Source: an uncultured bacterium
GTDB taxonomy: Bacteria; Krumholzibacteriota; Krumholzibacteriia; LZORAL124-64-63
Reading direction: 5' to 3'
NCBI GenBank assembly: GCA_963727525.1
Contig: CAVSGO010000007.1
Coordinates: 960,001 to 1,024,000, forward strand
Length of the DNA: 64,000 nt
Part shown: positions 58,994 to 64,000 of the stretch, piece after piece
Layout of the letters: each line of letters opens with the position of its first letter
Numbering within the stretch: the first letter of the stretch is position 1
Notes under the pieces: model-generated
What the model saw: the letters and a program-made list of their open reading frames with translations, nothing else
Told to the model about the DNA's origin: nothing
Databases searched by the model: none
Program-made: the position numbers and the translations under genes

Positions 58994-59605
58994 CTAGAAG
59001 AGCCAGTTGACGATCTTGGTGATGATGCCCGGCTGTGCGGCACTCTGGATCGCGCCGGATCCCGAGTACGAGATCTGCGCATCGGCGATGTACGTGGAAA
59101 GGATCGTGTTGTCGGCGCGGATGTCGGTGGGCCGGCACAGGCCGCTGATCTCGATGAGCTGCTTGTCGCCGTTGATGTCCACCAGCCGCGTGCCGACGAG
59201 GCGGAAATCGCCGCTGGGCAACACCTCGTTGATCCGCACGGAGATCTCGGCTTGCAGGCTGCCCGTGCGCGACGTCTTGCCGTCGCCCTTGAACTTGTTC
59301 TCCGAGTCGAGGCTCCAGTCGGTGATCGAGCTGAGCAGCCCGAGTCCCGGGCCGCCGCCGACCTCGGTCTTCGTGTTCGCATCCACCTTGCTCGTGGCGT
59401 TGGCGGTGCTGCTCTCCACGATGATGATCGTGACGATGTCGCCGACACGCAGGGCCTTGGCGTCGGTCACGAGACTGCGGCCCGTGCGCAGGTCGATCAA
59501 TGGGGTCTGCGCAGCGGCTGTCGCCGCCAGGGCGCCGAGCAGGAAGAGGATGATCAGGACCGGCAACAAGCGAACGAGCCGGGTCCAGCGCGTACCTCGT
59601 GACAT
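58994..59605 (-). CDS. flgH: L-ring protein FlgH
   Basis: D.KA.RVGDIVTI.I.E, RP.DI..DNTI.S..IADA.ISY.G. Confidence 0.93.
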   Translation of the reverse strand: MSRGTRWTRLVRLLPVLIILFLLGALAATAAAQTPLIDLRTGRSLVTDAKALRVGDIVTIIIVESSTANATSKVDANTKTEVGGGPGLGLLSSITDWSLDSENKFKGDGKTSRTGSLQAEISVRINEVLPSGDFRLVGTRLVDINGDKQLIEISGLCRPTDIRADNTILSTYIADAQISYSGSGAIQSAAQPGIITKIVNWLF

Positions 59606-60591
59606 CAGCGACTGCCTCCACGTTGGAGTTCCACGCGGCCGGGTCCCACCACGCGCCCCGTGACGAGACCGCCGTTTGCCTCATTGCGCACCGTGATGAC
59701 CTGGCCGAGACGACCGTCCTGCCGGCTCAGCCCGCGTACCACGACGCTCACGCCCCCTCGCCGCAAGACCAGCTCCACCGCATCGCCACGGTGCACCATC
59801 GGCGCCACGGCGAGATCGTTGCGGCTCAGCGCCGTGCCGGCGCGCAGGTCGTGGGCGGCCGCCGTCCCATCCAGTTCCGACGGATCACCCACCAGCCCCG
59901 GGCTGGCCGTGGCCAGATCCTGCCAAGCCCACGAGAGCGCCTCCGGAAGCACCGCCGTCCCGCGGGGCACCGTGCGGGTGACCGTGGGCACGGCACCGAA
60001 GGCGTGCAGGACGACCGTGGCGGTCACGCGCTGGCGCCGCGGGCCATCGCACACCAGCACGGGCACGAGGTTGCGGCCGGGCGTCAGGGGCTCGATGCGC
60101 TCTAGGGTCACCCGCCAGCCGTCGCTCGCCGTCAGGCGCGACCCTGGCAGCGTCACCTCGAGCCAGGAATCCGGCGCGCTCGCTCCCGGTGGCGGGATCA
60201 GGGTCGCCAGTGCCGCCCGCACCCGTGTGAGCAGCGAGTCGGGCTCGACCTCGCCGCCCGCGAAGCGCAGCGTGCAGACCTCCGCACCGGCAAGGCGCAG
60301 CCCGTCGGCCTGGCCCGCCAGCACGAGCTGGCGCAGGATCGAGCGCCGGCTCACCAGGCGCACGTCGCCCGGCAATCCCCCGGCTGCGACGGCGAGACTC
60401 GCCACCTGCTCGGGCACGCCGGTCATGGCCACATCGGTCAGCCGCGCCACGGCGCCCGCCACCGTCGCGCCGGGAGCCAGCTCGAGGGTCCAGATAGGCG
60501 CAGCCTGGCCCACCACCGGCAGGGCCATGAGCAAGCCAACCATCAGCCAGCACTTGAGCCATCGAGCATCATGCGTTGCTGTATCCATCAT
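59605..60591 (-). CDS. flgA: P-ring assembly protein FlgA (long)
   Basis: SAF domain; V.RGD.V, G..GQVI.VRN..G; TAATG-coupled to flgG. Confidence 0.85.
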   Translation of the reverse strand: MMDTATHDARWLKCWLMVGLLMALPVVGQAAPIWTLELAPGATVAGAVARLTDVAMTGVPEQVASLAVAAGGLPGDVRLVSRRSILRQLVLAGQADGLRLAGAEVCTLRFAGGEVEPDSLLTRVRAALATLIPPPGASAPDSWLEVTLPGSRLTASDGWRVTLERIEPLTPGRNLVPVLVCDGPRRQRVTATVVLHAFGAVPTVTRTVPRGTAVLPEALSWAWQDLATASPGLVGDPSELDGTAAAHDLRAGTALSRNDLAVAPMVHRGDAVELVLRRGGVSVVVRGLSRQDGRLGQVITVRNEANGGLVTGRVVGPGRVELQRGGSR

Positions 60592-61382
60592 TACCGCTTG
60601 ATCGAGTTGGCGATCTGGAGCATCTGATCGGCCATGGTGATCGTCTTGCTGTTCAGTTCGTAGGCTCGCTGGGCCGTGATCATGCGCACCAGCTCGTCCA
60701 CCGTTTCCACGTTGCTCAGCTCGAGGTACCCCGACGACGTCTCGCCCACACCGTCCTGACCAGGCGTGGACAGGACCGGAGGGCCGCTCGCCGGCGACTC
60801 CAGGAAGAGATTGCTCCCGCGCGCCGTGAGGCCGGCGGCGTTGGGGAAACGCGCCAGCTCGAGCGAGCCGATCTGTTGCACCGTCGACGTGTCGCCCGAG
60901 AGCATCACGTTCACGGTGCCGTCGCGAGCGACACTCACCTCCACGGCGTCCATCGGAATCTGCACCGGCGGCTCGAGGCGATAGCCCATGGCGGTGACGA
61001 CGTTGCGCTCGCCATCCATCTTGAAGCTGCCGTCGCGCGTGTAGGCGAGGTTGCCATCGGGCAAGCGCACCTGGAAGAAACCGTCGCCCTCGATCATCAG
61101 GTCGAGGGGATTGCTGGTGGAAACGATGGTGCCCTGGGAGAAGTCCTTGGCCGTGGCCACGAGCTTCACGCCATGGCCGACCTCCACCTTGCTCGGCGCG
61201 GACTGTCCGGTCGCGCTCGCCTGTCCGCCGGGCGCCACCTGCTCGTACAGCAGGTCCTGGAACTCCGCGTGGCTCTTCTTGAACCCCGTGGTGCCCACGT
61301 TCGCCAGGTTGTTGGCGATCGTGTCGATATTCGTCTGCTGGGCCTTCATGCCGGACGCCGCGGATCCCAATGCGCGCATCAT
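60591..61382 (-). CDS. flgG: Distal rod protein FlgG
   Basis: ANNLANVGTTGFKK, FQDLLY, YTRDGSF, AQRAYELNSK. Confidence 0.97.
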   Translation of the reverse strand: MMRALGSAASGMKAQQTNIDTIANNLANVGTTGFKKSHAEFQDLLYEQVAPGGQASATGQSAPSKVEVGHGVKLVATAKDFSQGTIVSTSNPLDLMIEGDGFFQVRLPDGNLAYTRDGSFKMDGERNVVTAMGYRLEPPVQIPMDAVEVSVARDGTVNVMLSGDTSTVQQIGSLELARFPNAAGLTARGSNLFLESPASGPPVLSTPGQDGVGETSSGYLELSNVETVDELVRMITAQRAYELNSKTITMADQMLQIANSIKR

Positions 61383-61401
61383 CAGGCCTCACCCCTTTCG
61401 G

Positions 61402-62193
61402 TCACTGATTGACCCGTCCGAGCGTGTTCGTGCTGTGACTGAGCAATTCGTCGTTCGCGCGCAACACCTTCGACTCGATCTCGAAGGCCCGCTGCGCCTG
61501 GATCATGTCGACGAGGGTCTGCACCGCGTCGACATTGCTGGTCTCCAGGAAGCCCGTCGTCACGGTGACGGCGCCGTCGGTCACCGGTTGCGGCGGCATG
61601 TCGTCGGGCGCGGCCAGCAGGCCGTCGCCGCGGTGCTCGAGGTGGTTCACGTCGTCGAAGGTCACCAGCCGCAGCTTGCCGGGGCTGTTGCCGTCGACGA
61701 TCACGCTCCCGTCCTGGGCGAAGTCGAAGCTCTTGCCATCCAGGGTGATCGCGCCGCCGGACCCCTGCACGGCGAGCCCGCCGCTCGTCACCAGCTGACG
61801 CTTGTCGTCGACCCGGAAGGCGCCGTCGCGTGTGTAGTACTCGTGTCCTTGCGCGTCGCGCACGACGAAGAACCCCTGTCCCTCGAGCGCGAGGTCGGTA
61901 GCGCGCCCCGTCACCTGCAACTCGCCCTGGCGGCGATCGAACGCCTGGCTCATGACCAGCGGCCGCTGCACCGGCCAGGCGTCGTTGGCGTCGCCGATGA
62001 GGCGAGTGCTGGCGGAAAACGGCATGCCCCCCGCGCCCGGGTTGCTCACCCCGCCGCTGGCCTGCTCGGCCACACGGGTGAGAACCTGCTTGAACCCCGT
62101 GGCATCGATGTTGGCCAGATTGTGGGCCAGCGTATCGATCCGGGTCTGCTCCAGGTGCATGGCCGTCTCGGCGGTCTTCAACGTGCGCAGCAC
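61402..62193 (-). CDS. flgF: Rod protein FlgF
   Basis: GTG after GGAAGGGA; AHNLANIDATGFK, YTRDGAF, LETSNVD. Confidence 0.92.
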   Translation of the reverse strand: MLRTLKTAETAMHLEQTRIDTLAHNLANIDATGFKQVLTRVAEQASGGVSNPGAGGMPFSASTRLIGDANDAWPVQRPLVMSQAFDRRQGELQVTGRATDLALEGQGFFVVRDAQGHEYYTRDGAFRVDDKRQLVTSGGLAVQGSGGAITLDGKSFDFAQDGSVIVDGNSPGKLRLVTFDDVNHLEHRGDGLLAAPDDMPPQPVTDGAVTVTTGFLETSNVDAVQTLVDMIQAQRAFEIESKVLRANDELLSHSTNTLGRVNQ

Positions 62194-62241
62194 GGCGTGT
62201 CCCTTCCGCCGGGCATGGGCAGTCCCGGCCCTGGGGAAACC

Positions 62242-62256
62242 GCAAGCGATGTGCCA
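62242..62256 (-). promoter_or_regulatory. sigma54 promoter for the flgFGAHIJ operon
   Basis: TGGCAC-ATCGC-TTGC. Confidence 0.85.
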
Positions 62257-62295
62257 CGAGCCGCGATGGGAAAGGCGGCTACCCGCCGCCACGGT

Positions 62296-62372
62296 CGGCA
62301 ACGATTGCCGCCGTACGGGGCGCCGTGCCGGGCGGCTGGGGCGGATTTGGCAGCTCCCGGCAGCTCTTGCCC
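62296..62372. promoter_or_regulatory. Two putative enhancer palindromes
   Basis: CGGCA-ACGAT-TGCCG (62296-62310) and CGGCA-GCTCT-TGCCC (62358-62372). Confidence 0.6.
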
Positions 62373-62443
62373 GGTGTGCGCGCGAGCGGCGGCGCGGGCC
62401 GCAAGGCGGGAACCATGGTCAGCGAGAATCCGGCGGTGGGTGA

Positions 62444-63910
62444 TTACCTGGCGGCGGTGGGCTCGGGGGCGATCGCCGAGGGGATCGCCGCGGGCAGGCG
62501 GAGCGTGACCAGGGTCAGGTCGTTCGGGCGGCTGGTGACCGCGATGTTCCCGCCGTGGGCGTCCACCAGCTTCTTGACGATCACCAGGCCGAGCCCCGTC
62601 CCCTTGATCTCTCGCTGGGTGCGGCCACGTCGGTACGGCCGGAAGAGCTCCGCCAGTTCCGCCGGCGTCAATCCGATGCCGCCATCGGCGACCTCGATCA
62701 CGACCCAATCATCGTCCCGGCGCGCGCGGACGCGGACCCAGCCGCCGTCCACATTGTACTTGATGGCGTTGCTCACCAGGTTCTGCAGGATCTGCGTCAG
62801 GCGCAGCGGGTCGCAGGCGAGTTGCAGGTGGTGCGGTTCCACGGTCACCGAGACCGCGACCTTCTTCTCCTGCGTCACCAGCTCGAGATCGTCGAGCGCA
62901 TCGGCCAGGAGGGGCTCGAGGTCGATCACCTCGCGGTTCAGATTCACGAACCCGGCCTCGATCCGGCTGACCTCCAGGAAGTCGTTCAACAGGCGAGTCA
63001 GCTCATCCACCTTCTGCAGCACGTGACCGAGGAACTCGCCCTGCAGGTCGGTGACCGGCCCGGCCTTGCCGCTCGCGATGAGGGCCGCATAGCCCTGGAT
63101 CACCGCCAGCGGGGAACGCAGATCGTGGGCCACCATCGAGTGGAAGTCGGCTTTCATCCGCTCGTGGGTTACCTGCTGCGTGACGTCACGAAACACGAAT
63201 GCCGTGGCGTCCTCGTGGCCGCCAATGCGGATGGCCGCCACCCGGCAGGTGAGGGTGAGCTCGGCCTCGCCACGCCGGGCGCCGAACGTCACGGTCTTGC
63301 CGTCAGCGACGCGCAGGCGTACGCGCACGTCGGCCGGCACCGCCAGGTGGTCGAGGATGGCGTCCAGCGGCTGTCGCGGCGGCAGGTCGGACGGGAGCTG
63401 AGCGAGCGTGAGAAAAGCGTGGCTGACCAGCAGGATCCGCTCGTCCTGGTCGCAGATCACCACCGGTTCGTGGAGGTTGCGTAGAATGGTCGCGAGCCGA
63501 TCGGTCTCCTGTTGACGCTCGTCCTGAAGGTCCTTGATGCGCAGGAACGCACGGATGCGCGACTCGAGTTCGCGCGCGGCGATACGCTTGGGTAGGTAGT
63601 CGTCGGCGCCCATGTCCAGGCCGCGCACACGCGAGTCGAGCTCGTCATCGGCACTGATCATGAGGATCGGCAGGAGCTGCGTCTCGGGATCGCGCCTCAG
63701 CGCGCGGCACACCTCGAGCCCGTGCAAGCCGGGTAGCTCCTTGTCGAGCAGGATGAGATCCGGCCGGTGAGCCATGGCCTCGCGCAGCCCGGTGAGACCA
63801 TCGGTTGCCACGCTCACCTGATGCCCCTGCGCCTCGAGACGACGACGCCACACGAGCGCGGTGACTGCATCATCCTCGATGAGCAGGATTCTGGCCGGCG
63901 ATGAGGTCAT
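62444..63910 (-). CDS. Hybrid REC-PAS-histidine kinase
   Basis: LIEDD, LLDKELPG, GADDYLPK; AHDLRSPL, NLVSNAIKY, GTGLGL. Confidence 0.92.
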   Translation of the reverse strand: MTSSPARILLIEDDAVTALVWRRRLEAQGHQVSVATDGLTGLREAMAHRPDLILLDKELPGLHGLEVCRALRRDPETQLLPILMISADDELDSRVRGLDMGADDYLPKRIAARELESRIRAFLRIKDLQDERQQETDRLATILRNLHEPVVICDQDERILLVSHAFLTLAQLPSDLPPRQPLDAILDHLAVPADVRVRLRVADGKTVTFGARRGEAELTLTCRVAAIRIGGHEDATAFVFRDVTQQVTHERMKADFHSMVAHDLRSPLAVIQGYAALIASGKAGPVTDLQGEFLGHVLQKVDELTRLLNDFLEVSRIEAGFVNLNREVIDLEPLLADALDDLELVTQEKKVAVSVTVEPHHLQLACDPLRLTQILQNLVSNAIKYNVDGGWVRVRARRDDDWVVIEVADGGIGLTPAELAELFRPYRRGRTQREIKGTGLGLVIVKKLVDAHGGNIAVTSRPNDLTLVTLRLPAAIPSAIAPEPTAAR

Positions 63911-64000
63911 GCGATCTCCCGTACCTGGACGGGGGCCCGGAGACGTGACAGACGGCCCCGCAGGTGACTCGCGTCAGATAGCTATCGGCAGATCACGGCA

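Noticed and set aside
57876-61392. Apparent long FlgI (602 aa) and FlgA (595 aa) fusions
   Set aside because: The upstream extensions are off-frame reads of flgH and flgG; real starts are 58985 and 60591

Overview
High-GC bacterial DNA (about 70% GC by eye). Housekeeping and envelope genes occupy roughly 1-10 kb: purH (partial), purC, comEC, a GGDEF protein, an MltD-like LysM transglycosylase and a PorV/PorQ-family barrel. A nearly complete ~52 kb flagellar supercluster follows (about 10-62 kb), covering export apparatus, C/MS rings, stator, rod/hook, L/P rings, three minimal flagellins, cap, chaperones, CsrA/FliW, FliA/FlgM, two HDOD proteins, a GT2-TPR/GNAT pair and several two-component/sigma54 regulators. 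The PorV-type gene suggests an FCB-group lineage such as Krumholzibacteriota/Latescibacterota (inference). A sigma70 -> sigma54 -> sigma28 hierarchy can be read from the intergenic DNA, together with a recurrent palindrome, CGGCA-N5-TGCCG, upstream of sigma54 promoters. The most unusual elements are: a coupled cassette ahead of flgB (secreted TPR-like protein, FlgN-like protein, sensorless kinase with a defective H-box, NtrC-type regulator); a FliM lacking the CheY-binding peptide; a degenerate FlhF without FlhG; a FliA with a hydrophobic C-terminal tail; an FlgJ-SLT fusion; and an apparently Na+-type stator. No RNA genes, CRISPR arrays or mobile elements were recognised. All calls come from manual reading; no searches were run.
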